Positions 35,171-48,343 of a stretch of 64,000 nucleotides of DNA are shown in pieces. Numbering within the stretch: position 1 is the first letter of the stretch; each line of letters opens with the position of its first letter. The notes under the pieces are model-generated. The model had not been told where the DNA came from. It saw only the letters and a program-made list of their open reading frames with translations, and did no database searches. The position numbers and the translations under genes were made by a program. This DNA comes from Phoronis australis (lineage: Eukaryota > Animalia > Phoronida): contig NMRA01000641.1 in NCBI GenBank assembly GCA_002633005.1, positions 48,361-112,360 of the forward strand, in the 5' to 3' direction.

Positions 35171-38100
35171 GCAGATTATCTTTAAACCTGGTCTAAGCCC
35201 AGTTTAAACCAGGTTTAACTTTAAACCACCTTTATGAAATCGGCTGATATTGTTTTCTTTGTGTTCCCCTACACCACGTCACAGATGTGTACCGAACGAA
35301 AATGGCGCCGTTACTTTTTTCCGTTACAACAATGGCGTTACAACACCACTGCACTAAATATGTAAATCACTTTGTGTAGCGACATGCAATTCAGTTAACG
35401 TTAAGAATTAAGTAATTACAATTATAAACAAGTATTTAGACTATATTGTTGTTCAGATTGCTTTGGACCTTGCAATTTCCTCTTTAAGATTGTATGGGGC
35501 TCTTTTACTTCGTGGAGACTGGCTGGAACAGGGATGCTAATTACATTTAGTTTCGACCCGGCCTGGTTCCGGTGGGTGAGGATGAGGCGTAGCCGCCCTA
35601 AACTTTTCAGACGCGCTGTGAAATGGGATGCCGATCTTGACATGGGTTTGATAAATGAATCGCGGTTAATAATTCATCAATATTTCTACTTCATATTCTT
35701 TTACAAATGCACATACGTACTCACTTTTCCGTATTCGTAAGACATGCGGGCAATTTCGTATGTGCATGAAATCCAAAGTGTTTTAGTACACGGGTGTTGT
35801 TTTTGGTATAGGTACACCACTTAGAGCATCTAATAACCGAGTTATCGTTAGTGTTGCATGTAAAAGTAGAAATAAAAAGTCACTTACTTAGAGACGTGGT
35901 TGGTGTTTAGCAGACGTTTCGACCTGGTCCGCCAGGTCTTTGTCGATGAATGAGGTATTTCCCGCCTTTGGCTCGTTAAGAATGCTGGAGTACACGGGGG
36001 GGGGGCTAAGTGGAGTCTTCTGTCCCGGTTTCGGAGGGGCGCTGACTGTTGATGTTTATGGCCTCTTTGAGCTTACGAGCATGCCAATTTTGTTCCTTGG
36101 CTAGGATCCTGGATGACGGAAGTGAGATGGTGTGCCCAGTCACCAAAATATGTTCCCCCCACAGCTGTTGGTCTGTCTAGTTTCAGATGTTCTTTGAATC
36201 TGGTAAGGAACGATCTCTTGGTTTTTCCAGTGTAGGTGTGGTTGGTTCAGCTGGTATATGATCCCACATTGCTTAGCCATTGGGATTGGGCCTTTGGGTT
36301 TGACTAGTAGGGAACGGAGGGTGTTGATAGGCTTCACGTCTCTAAGTAAGTGACTTTTTACATCTACAATGCCTCTAGAGACCAATGATGAACCTATTCT
36401 CCAGAATTGCATGTAAAAGTACATAAATTACTCATGAATCCGAAGTTGTACATATTTTCGGAAGAGTGATCCTCTGGAGTCGGGTGAACCTTCGAAGTAT
36501 TGAACTTTCGGAATAGTAAACCTTAGGAGCAGTGAACCTTCGAAATAGTGGGCTGTTCCCATGTAAGCAACTTAAGTAACACAATCAGATAAAAAAATTG
36601 TCAAGTCATTCTCCGACTAAATATTTCCGTCCCAGCATGTAATGTGGTGCAATCACTCATTTAAGCACGCTTGATTTGAAAGCTTGGCAGGAGGTAAGGC
36701 GAGAACGTTCTCTTCCTGGACCACACAACATCTGAACTTGAGTTGCTTTTTGGGAACCACCGTCACGGCATCCTCATTTCTGACATCACGAATTCCGTCT
36801 CATCTCAGGAGCATAGAGCTTAGAGTCTTCGTCGTATGTGCGGATTTCTCTTCACCTAATTAAGCTGCATCAAGAGCTTTACCTAAAATTCCACAAAGTC
36901 GACGTTTGCAAAATATCAAAGGTCCACCATTCTAGAAATTCGAACCACTCCCACGCAATGCTAGCTATGGACCTGTTTTGATAAACCCAAGCTATCAGAA
37001 ACAGTTTGCTTATTGATGACAAAAACCTCTGTAAGTAAAGTGATTTACAGAATTATTTATATCGCATTTCTTTGGCGAAAAGAGCTGTTGTTTACTAGTA
37101 AATCAATAGAGAGTGAGAAGGTTGGTCAGATTTTCTTATTGTCATGGTACATGTATATGTGTTGCCTATTTTGCACGAGTTTGGAGATTGGGATTTAAGC
37201 CCCAGTTGTGGCTAGGTAACAGATATGATCTCGTGGTCAGGATGTAACTTACCTGAAATTTTTACTATTATTGAGAAGAGGAACCGTGGGCATATGAAAT
37301 TAAAATTTGGTCTTGTCCTCTAAGTCTTTTTAGTTCAGTGTTGTATGAAGTTGTGTGGGTAGTGAATATTTTGATTGCTGTTCAGTACCTCTTAAAATAT
37401 TTTGCCATGGCATTTTGAACTTTGACTAGTTGTGAGTGATGATATACTCAATGTTAATACGTTTTTGTAATTTGGCCTATTAGCCTCATGTCAAATGGCC
37501 CAACTTGCCCCGCTACCTCATCAATCACTGACTCGGAGGGATTTGAAGAAACACGTGTCCTGTCTTGAAGAGCAAGCTGTTGTTAAAACCCACGAACAAA
37601 ACATTCTTACATCAATGCTCACGGCTTATGGCCAGCACTAAATCCAATGAAGCTCCAAAATTTACTCACCTGGATTAAAAACCAATCGTTGCCTGTCAGA
37701 TCAAGAAAAACACTGCTCCTTCGACCAGCGTGGTTTTAGTGTAGTGGTACAAGTCACGTGATTGCTCAAAATGACTGAGGCTGAAAGTGCCCATATTATA
37801 GCGGAGTTTGTGGCCTAACTAGCCCCGGGGCCGAAATAGCCCCGGTCTCCCCTACCCTGGTGCATTGAATAGGGAACACATGCGAAATTGTTGGGTGGGT
37901 ATGAAACCAGCAGTAAGCTGGGATCACCATGTAATGAAAAGTTGGAAGATACCCAAGACGGCACTGACATAACCACAGGGGCATGGCCACCGGTCATTAG
38001 AAAATGTCGTTGGGGGTCATGCACAAATCGAAGGCCAATCTTATCACCATCTCAGCACATGTTGTCAGTGGTCAAGTTAGCAACCAAAATTTGTGACCAT

Positions 38101-41100
38101 GGAAGGGGCTCAACACTCATGTGGCATACCCCCTGCATGTTTACCTGTTTAGCACTCGTCCCATGTACCCCCTGGGAGGGGGTCAACACCCATGTGTCGC
38201 CCACCTGGTTTTTACCTGGTTCAGTTGCACTGTCCTCCCTTGTACCCCCGTTTGCTGGCACCTGGGACAACTCCCTAATTCTGAACCTCCAGGACCAAGT
38301 AATCATTAAAATTATGTTGTCCATGGAGGTATGAAATGTTATAAGGAACGATCGATAATTTGCCTCATTAAGAACTCAAAACATGAAACAAAACCATGAT
38401 GGCTTTTGAAGGAAGTTTCAAGAGAATGAAAGTAAATACACTTTAATATTGATTAAAACTCACATTTTCATTCTCATTCTATTATAAGTGGATATTAATT
38501 CACGTATTTCACACATTTTCAATTATCACTCAGTAATTTCACTGCATGTCGAACGTCATTCAAGTACGAATTTATCAGTGTTTACATGGTTGGGACTTCG
38601 CCGCTAAATTAGTGCTGTTTATTTGCCGCTTGGGGCTCTAGTGTTTCGACCGATAACCACTGTGGCGAATGGCAAGGTGGCGGAATGAACACTCGTATTG
38701 TACTACACTCCTTAATGAGACATTGTCACAGCGGACGAACACATCAGTGTACACACTGCGACAGTAAGTATAACCATAGACTATAGATAGGGACTGCCAA
38801 CTCCCGTTAGAGCGCGTTGCGCATGTCGCGGACCACGGGACATAAGCACTAAGGATGAGAGGGCGCTGCACACGCAGGATACAAAACTTCCGGTTTTACG
38901 GAGCGGTCGTTCCCTCGTTTCAAGATTTGGTAAAGTAATGAATTGAATGATTTTTGGAGCTTTTAAGACTTGTAAAAATAAAATGCGTATACTGTTCTCT
39001 GTCATGTCATTTAAATCATTCACAAGATAATTCAGACATGTTATGAGTTATTAACGCCAGAAACGTCTTCAGCTGATTTTCCCGTATTTACACTTACCGG
39101 TACACTGTCACATCAGCTGATAAGTATTGGTGTTTGTTTAAATTGAGTACCGTACGAATCATCTCATAATTATAAGCACAAGCATTAACCAACAAAAATG
39201 AATTTGTAACAATGTTACACAATAAATATTTGCCGGTAATTCACACAGCTTTGTTCCAGGGGGTTAGGGCCACAGGCTAACTGACATTGACATGTCATTT
39301 GCAAGTTGAGTGTCAAAAACTTGCGTGTCAAAAAATGCTGTCACTACTATCATAGCCAAAAGTACATTGTACGGCAACTTCTAAACATTGCTACGATTAT
39401 GCAAAATTGGTTCGATTCATGACACTTGTTGCTGTTAACAATCTTTATTCCATTCCGTTCGTATCCTCAGAACATTGGTAAAGAAACTGACCAAGAGACG
39501 ACAAACGATAGTTCGAAACATACTTGTTTCATCAAGTGTAAATAAAATGACACAGTAATACCACCATAGAGCAAAAACTAGAAAAATATGCAATGGTACA
39601 CAGCAGGTGTGAAATACTGCAATGACTGACAAATGGAGGGGGTAACAAGAATGTCGCGCAAACAAGTGCAGCATGACCCTCTTTGCTGCTTATTCAGAAC
39701 GGGCTTCGTAAATGTAATCAAAGGGGACTCATTATTTTCAATAGCAGCACATCATGCTCTCCATGTCGACTGAGTTGACATATTCTCCACAGTTTCTTGA
39801 CAAGTGATACTTATGATTATGAAGGTGGGCATGCTCATTAACACCTAATGTCTATTTCTCTCTTTCAGTGTCTGAACATTCTCTAAATGTCACAAATACA
39901 TAGAATATCTATAGAATATTATGGAACAAAGAGTTGCATCTGGAACGTGATTTTGTGAAACTGAACTCTTCCCCTAGGACTCTTCCATGGCTTTTTAACA
40001 AAGCACTGAGCTAATTTTCAGTGTCGCATTGAGCCTGAATGCCACAACAGAATTTAGTTCCACTATCGAGTAGTGGAGATAACCAGCGATGAATTGAAGA
40101 AGTCAAAATTTGGAAGTACCAGTTGGCACTGTAATTTTCTTTAGGGTTTGGACGCCAACAGATATTCAATGTTCAAATGGAAACTATTTTTATAAATAAA
40201 GTTTTTTACTTTGTACACAGTGAAGGGAATTCAGTTTTAAGTGTTATATTTCTGCCTGCAGAAGAAAAAAGTTATATTATAACATGAAATGAAACCACCA
40301 ACTGAAACAAAATACCACAAAATTTGAAATAGAGAACATGAGAGGGAAAGACTCAGGTTATGAAAGGTGTTCTGTCAGCCTTATTTTTAGTGGTTATCAG
40401 ATAGCACAGCACACGCAAAATAGACATTTTTCATTTCTTTATTTTCCCAGTTCCAATGAGTAGGTAACAGGCGTCTGGGATTGCTCTGCCTTACTTTACA
40501 ATTGTTAACTGAAAAATGTCAACACGAATATACAATGGAATGATTTTTACAATGACAAACAGGAAAAAACATAACAACATTACATAAAGTGTTGCATACA
40601 TTTCTGAGAAGGAATACAAAAACACCCTTTGCATACTATGTTTTACAAAATAGAGCTGTCAGAGCAAAGCATAATGCAAATTTCATCAGAAACACTTCAA
40701 TAGCCTAAAATGGTAGTTTAGACATGCCATTTATATATATTTTTTAAATTGTTAAGGCGGCTCTCGAGTTATTTAATTTTTACAGCCTCAAAATAGCCTT
40801 TTTTCAGCAAATAGCACCCAAAAATCTCAGGCTACAAAAATTCAAGTTTAGACAACTATATGTTGGAATCCATAGCTTACTGTGTTGCTAAAAAAAGATA
40901 GAGACTCCTTTACAAGTAGGTAAACAACATGACATAGTCACCAAACCACTTTTAAAACGACAAAACACTTCAAGAATTACCATGGTTCGGAAAAAATATT
41001 TCTTTTGTTCCAAAATATTTCAAAATAATGCTAAAAATGAAATTGGTGTAACAAATGAATTCAAAACTAGCAAAAACCAGAAACCTAGTTTTTTCAGAGT

Positions 41101-41756
41101 ATTTCGTCATTTATTCAAAAATCTTTGAGGTTATATGAATTATTCTTATTGAGATCAGTGTTTTCACAGTCTTAAGTTCCGCACCATATGATAAAAATGA
41201 TCGTGTGCATTTTTAATTAAACAAAATTAAATTGGACAATAAAATTTCAATGAAATTTTTTAAAAATGAAACTGATCACAGCACCACAAGGTAGAAAACG
41301 TGTGACAAAATTATTTTTGAAGGAAATAGACTGAATCTATCCCCAAAACTAAGTTAATTTTAAAAGTATTCTGTACTATTTTAATGAAAATATTTCACCA
41401 ATTTGGGTCACTTTATGTAATTTAGGGAAGTTTTGACTGGTTCTGTTTAATCCATTTGACTAATCAAATTTAAGTTCAGTTTTAACCCTGGAAAGGTCAG
41501 CATGGTTCTTGAAAAATGATTGAATTTACCTTTTTTGGAAGTATTGCTAAATGGAAATGGTGAGATGAAGTGAAAAAAATTGATGATGAATGGATTAGGA
41601 TACGATAGTAATTGTTACGTTGAGAGTACACTTGCAGGATTTTTCCAGGTTAGGAATTGACAAGGCGTTAAATTAAAAAAATACATTTTCCCTACTTTTA
41701 TCAATAAAACAAAAGTGTACACTTAACGCAGAATTTTTAGCAAACAGTTTGACATC

Positions 41757-41912
41757 AATAGCGGATTTAGAGGGGGTGTCAAGAGGGCTACAACCCCCTA
41801 AAATTCCCCCAGATTCCATTTGGCAGACCGGGAGTGCCAATGTCTGAATGACAAAATCCTGGCTAATACTCTGCTCTGGTCCCCCGAACACAAAATCCTG
41901 GATCCACCCCTG
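41757..41912. mobile_element. hAT-like MITE
   Basis: AGCGGATTTAGAGGGGG...AAAATCCTGGATCCACCCCTG; similar to 58406-58705. Confidence 0.5.
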
Positions 41913-43480
41913 GATATACATATCATTAAAATCGGTTTGGTAACGGCCATTTAGCAACTGAAAATTTATCCCCTTCTCAAGTGCCGCAGTACTCCCGATT
42001 TTTAAAAATATTCCTGAATGCCCCCATTTGTTGACACGGATATAAATATAAAGAAGAAAGTTTAAATATTTCGCTGGAATACTTTTCATTTTCCACCACT
42101 TGTCATGAGCTTCTGAAAATCATGAAAAATGGCAAAATTTCGCTCTTGCTGAATTTTGGATATATTGGTATACTAAGCCAGGCTTATGTATTGTAGACGT
42201 AGTGATGAATGAGAAACTACATTAAGGTCGAGCCAAAATTCATACAAAATCACAAAATTCAAGCTAAATTTCATCGTACACGACTGAGAATTCAACTAGT
42301 GAAAAGAATTATCCATTTAGCACATCCTTTTCATTGGGCCAAACTCCTCGATTCGTGAATCGTGTGTTGAACTGTGCCAGCAAGGCTGATCACCAACTTG
42401 TCAAATTAATTCCTACACGTTTCGTAGCAATAATCCGACTTGAATGGCTCGCATACGCGATTTAGTTTGCATTAAACACAAAAAATTAATTTCAAACGCA
42501 AAAATTTGCTTGACGTGCGCGATATAAAAACCAAAGTTCACTTTCGTTACTATGCTTAGCCACGAGACCGGAAGTTTTGAATCCTGCTCACGTACTTTTG
42601 CGTTAGGCCGCGAGACTTCACGGAGTCGCGAATCTCTTTACTAATATCTATGGTATAACAAGATTTGCGAGTGTTTATTGACAAACAAGTGCAATTGACA
42701 GAAACCGGAAGCCTAGACGGTATCCGGGGAAAACACTTAACGAACGGCGCTGGCTCCGCGCAACATGTCTCGTGCAGACACAACGTGTGGCAGGCCGCTT
42801 ACTAACTTTCCCGGCAAGCTGTAGTCGCACTTACACTCTTTTACAGTGCTACGAATGTGGTTTAACATTGCTTCTCAATTGCGGTTAAGTGATGAAACCA
42901 ACGTCATAACATTCATGGCTACGGCCCATATTCGAGAGTTGACTGTGTTACGGTCTAAAATAAATTTGTTGGTCACTTACCAAATGCCAACTGAATCTCA
43001 TATGCAGAGATATTTAGTTGTGCAAATTTAAAAAATGAATCCTCAAAATTGGACAATGTTTGAGAAATTTATCCAAGTTTTTGTCTATGAGTTTCATGCA
43101 TTTTTAGCGTTGCGAGTGACCATTTTAATAATTACAATTTTCAATTGTCAACAGTAGAAAAGAAGTGTATTTTATCAAGTAAGCAATTGTTTAGATATGT
43201 CTGGGAATAACTTGAGTCACTTTCAGAATCACTTAATCATTGAGAAATGGTAAGGTTCATCATAAAACAGGGACTCGTTACAAATTTGTAAATTCTGTGT
43301 TTCTAACCCTCACCTGCAGTAAAGAAGGTTAAAAACTAAAGTTCACACTCTGTAATAAAAAGAACTACAGAATATGTTAGCCTAGGCAACACAGCAAATT
43401 ATCTCATATCTAAACAAACCAAAAGTTTAGATATTAACAGGGTTCTGCTATGTTGAAAATGGGCCAAAAGGCTAACAAAA

Positions 43481-44830
43481 TGTAGTGTACGTACCCCCAT
43501 ATGGAATTCATTAACACAAAATGGTCATTACAAATGAAAGTATTGCCTTTCAAATAACAACAGGGTGTTTATTGCAATTACATTTGTTTTGAGTCAAATA
43601 TTAGCATCTGTGTAGTGTACGTACCCCTATATTTTAATTTGTACATATTTTGAAAGTATGGCAGATACGCACATAAATGCTGTGCTTTTTATTTTTTCTC
43701 TTTGAATTGATATAGTAAATCAAACTCTCAGTAGATTTTTAGTATTTAGTTACATACCTGACATGTCATTGAAATGTAGTGTACGTACCCCTGTGTAGTG
43801 TACGTACCCCTGTGTAGTGTACGTACCCCTGTGTAGTGTACGTACCCCTGTGTAGTCAGTGTACGTACCCCGATGTGAACAAATACCATGAAACAAAAAT
43901 ATTACACTTAACTAACTGTAAGTAAGCAACATTTGCCACAGTTTCTTCCATTAAAATGCTAGGTTAAAAGGGTGTTAATTACAAATACATTTGTTTTGAG
44001 TGAAATATTAGCATTTGTGTAGTGTACGTACCCTATGTTTTAATATATTGCATACAGATATGCACATGTATGCTGTACTTTTTATTTGTTTTCTTTGAAT
44101 AGATATGGTAAATGAACTAACTCTCAGTAGGTTCTAAGTATTTTGTATTGCCCAAAAGTATTTTTACATACTGCTGTTCTCATGAAAAATCCTGATATTT
44201 CTAAAATGAATTCAGTATGATAAAAAACAATGGACATTATCAAATTTTTGGGCAATAAAATGCCACACAGGACTTGGCTAGCACTTAACATCCTAGAAGA
44301 CACGTCATGTGACAACTGATGTTGTAGAGGCAGGTTCTCTATCTTTCACAACAACTTGCAACAAACCAACAAACTCGAGACCATCCCATACATTTGTAAC
44401 TTAGTCAAAATTTGACGTTGATTGACTGTGCGTAGTGTACGTACCCCCCATCCAGTACCATTTTTTACTGTTTACAAGTGGAACACTGGTTCTAGCATTG
44501 CTTTAACTAATTTTACCAACTGGTGAATTAATTGAAAACTAGACAAATAGCACCAATAAAGTTTTTGAAAAAAGTAGGTACTTGTCATTTTCTTTTTGTA
44601 AAAAGCTTATTGAAAATGAAGAAGTTTTCATTATACTGTGACAAGATATGCAATGTATCATCATCTGGGCAACTTGATCAGCACGGTAATAACTTTTCTT
44701 ACTTTAGTATGTGATACTTTTTCAGTTTGATCAAGAACTTGTTAAATTAACACCTACCTTATGAATGCTTGCATGGTAGAAGTGGGCTGTGACCATGAAG
44801 TTGTAGTGTACCTACCCTTTTATAGTACTG
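43481..44830. repeat. Array of TGTAGTGTACGTACCCC motifs, probably the subterminal region of a DNA transposon
   Basis: Copies at ~43481, 43611, 43775-43871 (19-bp tandem of about 5), 44018, 44432 and 44802. A ~160-bp direct repeat (43579/43986). The last copy ends TATAGTACTG. Confidence 0.75.
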
Positions 44831-44989
44831 TGATGCATTAGGCCATAAAATGTTATTCAGTGGTTCTTGTGCAAAAATATTTTAGATTACAAACCTGAAA
44901 TGATGGTACTTTAAAATAACCCACTTTTACAGTTATATGACAACCTTCATTTTTCACCAAAAGTGGCCACCGAATATGAACCTTGCTTG

Positions 44990-45128
44990 CGTTCAGTAAC
45001 GCTAGGACCTACGCTAGGACCTAGCTAAAATCTAGTCAAAGTCCCGTGTACTCATTTGTAATACACGGCAATGTCTCGCGTGATTTCGCGAAGTCTTGCT
45101 TTTAGCGAGGTCCTAGCGTTACTGAACG
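44990..45128. mobile_element. MITE with a perfect 21-bp TIR
   Basis: CGTTCAGTAACGCTAGGACCT ... AGGTCCTAGCGTTACTGAACG. Confidence 0.8.
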
Positions 45129-47356
45129 GGAGGCTGGATTGTGATTTGTCCGTCAGTCATTTCCATTGGTTGAAATCTGGGAAACCCCTTTCAGTTTAGG
45201 GTTACGTTATATGGCGACCACCTTTGACTTGAATAGTTACAATTTATTAAAACGGGCAGTGATCGAAGTAAACAAAATCATCAGAACCCCGATCCCGTAG
45301 CTAAGCCCAAACAAGTACATTGCATAGAAACCGTGTGCAAGTGGTGGTGATGTCAACGATAAACTTCCGACCAAGCATGCGCATTGATGCCCACACACAT
45401 GGAATTCCGTGTGTCGTTCATCATGTTTCCACAGGGCCACTTTTCAGTATAGGTGGCGCTGTGTCAGAGGGTACAGTCGCCCTCTGATGCGCCAAAATGA
45501 AAAATAGTTCGTGATTCCTGTCCATCGTCGGCATTCATGTCCTGCTGTGGGGCGAAAGGAGCATCGGTCTGTTTCCGGTGCTTCGGAGGTCCATCTGCCG
45601 TTTCTCTCAGAAAAGGTACGGTGTTTCGGGTATGAATATAAACGCCTTGTTTATGGTGCGTTTAAAACGTGTGGTTGTCTGCTGCTAGTTGTGCGGGTTT
45701 GTACATCTGTGCAGTGTTCTTAATAACAGCCAGACCCAGCAAAGCCGAAGGCGAGTCGATAACCTGACGGAGACGAACCCGCTTTACATAATGTAAGTGG
45801 CGGGTCGATCTGGTCGTGGGTCGAGGGGTNTAAAACCTTTTCTTAATTAAGTACACTAACAACGAAGAAGAGTAATTACGCTAGCGCCTTCTGTAAGAAC
45901 AACTTCAATCAATTAACCATATAAAAAGTCAAATGTCTTATCTGCTAACCAGGCTGCTCGATCCTCGTACTAACACATACTATACAGCGACAGTTTACTT
46001 GCTGGTCAGTCCTTCGTGACACAACAAAAGTGTTTAGTATCGGTCTAACCACGATGCACTACACTGGCCACAGCCTTTGTGACGCTATGATACGTGTAGA
46101 CAGTATCTGACTACTCACAATTCCTCTTGCTGGTACCTCGTGACGCATTACACATGAAGGTAGTATCTTACTATCCATGATGTAAGTAGCAAGGTCTTAG
46201 TAAACTTCCTGTTCGCTAATCTTTGCTCTTGTCAAGATCCTCTTTAGAATCTTCCACCAGATGGCTCTACAAAATTCCATCTGACTGACTAACATCATTT
46301 TTTTTTCTAAATTATAGTAATGCGTTTTCTTAACAATTGGCTAATAAAAAACACATTATACTATCTAATCATATCATTGGCTACAACCCTTTCAGTGCAT
46401 TGACCCTAGAACAAAAGAGGCAATTAAAATACCATCTAAAAATACATGTAGATATTAAATGTACATGTGAACAATTTTGACTCTGGGGTTTTAAAAGTAC
46501 ATATGCACAAATTTTGGCCAATTTGAATGGAACTAATTCTACTAATTACATAATATTTATTCTGACATATACACATACCCAACTCTATTTTTATCGTATT
46601 TTATTAATTGTTATATAAGTTAATAAGCGTCTTTTCTATCTGTGAAGACATCGCTAATGTGATAATTATCCTGTACAACACAATAGGAGCATAGATCACC
46701 TTCGTGATATCAAGGGCTGACAGCGACACAGGTTGATGTAGAGAAGAATTGTACAACTCCAAGATACCACTGAACGGCCATGTTTCCTTATAGTCTTAGT
46801 CACATTAAAGCGCAAGATATAAACTAGACCCAATTGACGCCGACTACAAATCGTGTGGCTCCATGCTTTTAAAAAGAGTTGGTCTTGGTCGTACGCATGG
46901 TTTTAGCTTAGACGGATCATTAACATGACATACGATGGTGGGGGTTCAACATGAATGTTGACTATGATTGCGTTTACATTGTATGTAAGTTGTAATGTTT
47001 AGCTCAAAACCAAGAAAGGGATACCCACATCATGGTTTCTCAATAGTGTTCTGAGGCTTTAGCATTTGGTAAACCAAATTCTGTGAAACTAGTTCTCAGT
47101 TCAAGTTGGAGGTTTGATTATTGACATAGCCCCTTGGTGAGTTCCTGTCACAAGAACACTGCCATGGGTCAATGTGCCTCTAAAGTATGAAATCCCTTTT
47201 TTTCAGTTAGAATCTCATGAAATCCTTTGTCTTCACAATACCTCACCAGCCGCCAAGCGCTATCATGGCACAAGGCATACGCAAAAATGAACTCTCTCGA
47301 CTATTCCCTGTGTTCTAACACAAGTATATGCATGGCGTACTTCAATACATATCGTT

Positions 47357-48343
47357 TCAGCTCTCTCCAACGTTATTGTGGCGGTTAAACATTTTACGAA
47401 AAGCTTGTTTGTAGGCGGGTATCGCCAACACATACGAAAACGGATTAACCAGTGAATTCAGTCCTGCAAGATCTGTTAAAAAAGCTCGCAGCGAAGATAT
47501 TTTCCAGTCCTCAAGAGCAATTACAGATGGAGGAGGGTAGGCGTTCTTTGCAATCAACTGAGGCCAGGTGCTTAAAATCTTAAGCGCAACATATTTCAAC
47601 ATTGCCTTCGTAAGTTTATATTGCTCCCTTTGTCGTACCTCTTGTGCATTCAGTTCGCTGAAGATTCTCTTTCGTTGGCGATAAGCAAGAATAATTACGT
47701 AAATATGAAGACTAATAATAATAAAATCTGGAAAGTAGATCGTCAAAATGCCACACGTAACTCTTATTGGAGTTCTCTGAAATATTGTTTGAAATAAACA
47801 TAGGTCGCGGTCGCCGACGAAGTTCTCGTTCACACTGAGCAGAAGAAATGAGTTCAGTATCGGACCATAGAAGAATGCTGTGATTACCAACCGTTTTTCG
47901 ACGGTGGTTGTCATTAAACTGTCGTATCGCAGAGGAAACTTAATGGAAACAAACCTGTCCACATTTACAACTACTAGCATGGCAGTGGATACGTTAACTG
48001 GGACGGCGACACCATAAATAAAGCCTATGCAGGCGGAGGTACTGGTAATGGCGGACATTGGCAGCGACTCCCAGAGCAGAGGTACGACAAGTTTCTTGAA
48101 CGTATTGAGTGGTAGACATAGTCCTACTAGTAGATCGCTGAGTCCAAGGCCAAAGATTATGACACTGATGCTTTCCTTGCGTACTTCTGGGAATTTGATG
48201 TAGGCTAAGCAAACCAGACTGTTACCAACACTGATGCCGACTGCGAGGAGAACTTCGAAAGTGATGTGTAAGTAAAGTACAACATCCGGTGCTGATCCTT
48301 CAGCGTACCACGGTGTGTGGTTAGAAGTAGTTGAATTGGACAT
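47357..48343 (-). CDS. Intronless rhodopsin-like (class A) GPCR, orphan, ~328 aa
   Basis: ATG at 48343 (the track starts upstream at a GTG). N-glycosylation sites NST and NHT, TM1 GNSLV, TM2 LGLSDLLVG, TM3 Cys and DRF followed by PLRY, ECL2 Cys, TM6 WP, TM7 NSLVNPFSY, helix 8 YKQAFRKMF. Confidence 0.92.
   Translation of the reverse strand: MSNSTTSNHTPWYAEGSAPDVVLYLHITFEVLLAVGISVGNSLVCLAYIKFPEVRKESISVIIFGLGLSDLLVGLCLPLNTFKKLVVPLLWESLPMSAITSTSACIGFIYGVAVPVNVSTAMLVVVNVDRFVSIKFPLRYDSLMTTTVEKRLVITAFFYGPILNSFLLLSVNENFVGDRDLCLFQTIFQRTPIRVTCGILTIYFPDFIIISLHIYVIILAYRQRKRIFSELNAQEVRQREQYKLTKAMLKYVALKILSTWPQLIAKNAYPPPSVIALEDWKISSLRAFLTDLAGLNSLVNPFSYVLAIPAYKQAFRKMFNRHNNVGES

Larger units (their letters stand above)
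31713..38065. repeat. ~2.9-kb near-identical direct duplication (31713-34613 / 35171-38065), separated by N34614 and a Gypsy fragment
   Basis: Identical ORF pairs in the track (e.g. 32682/36140, 33555/37013). The copies differ by scattered SNPs and two small indels. Confidence 0.9.
32026..38602. repeat. Left arm (inner part) of the inverted duplication
   Basis: 35484-38602 (and 32026-34613) is co-linear with the reverse complement of 55520-57831; compare the paralogous ORFs at 37888 (+) and 56004 (-). Confidence 0.85.

Noticed and set aside
34436-35185. 249-aa ORF as a single protein
   Set aside because: Chimeric across N34614; only the part after the N is integrase.
37888-38334. ORF MLGGYETSSKLGSPC..., also seen at 34436 and 56004
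   Set aside because: Recurrence is explained by the duplications; the diverged paralogue at 55837-56213 shifts frame and I recognise no domain.
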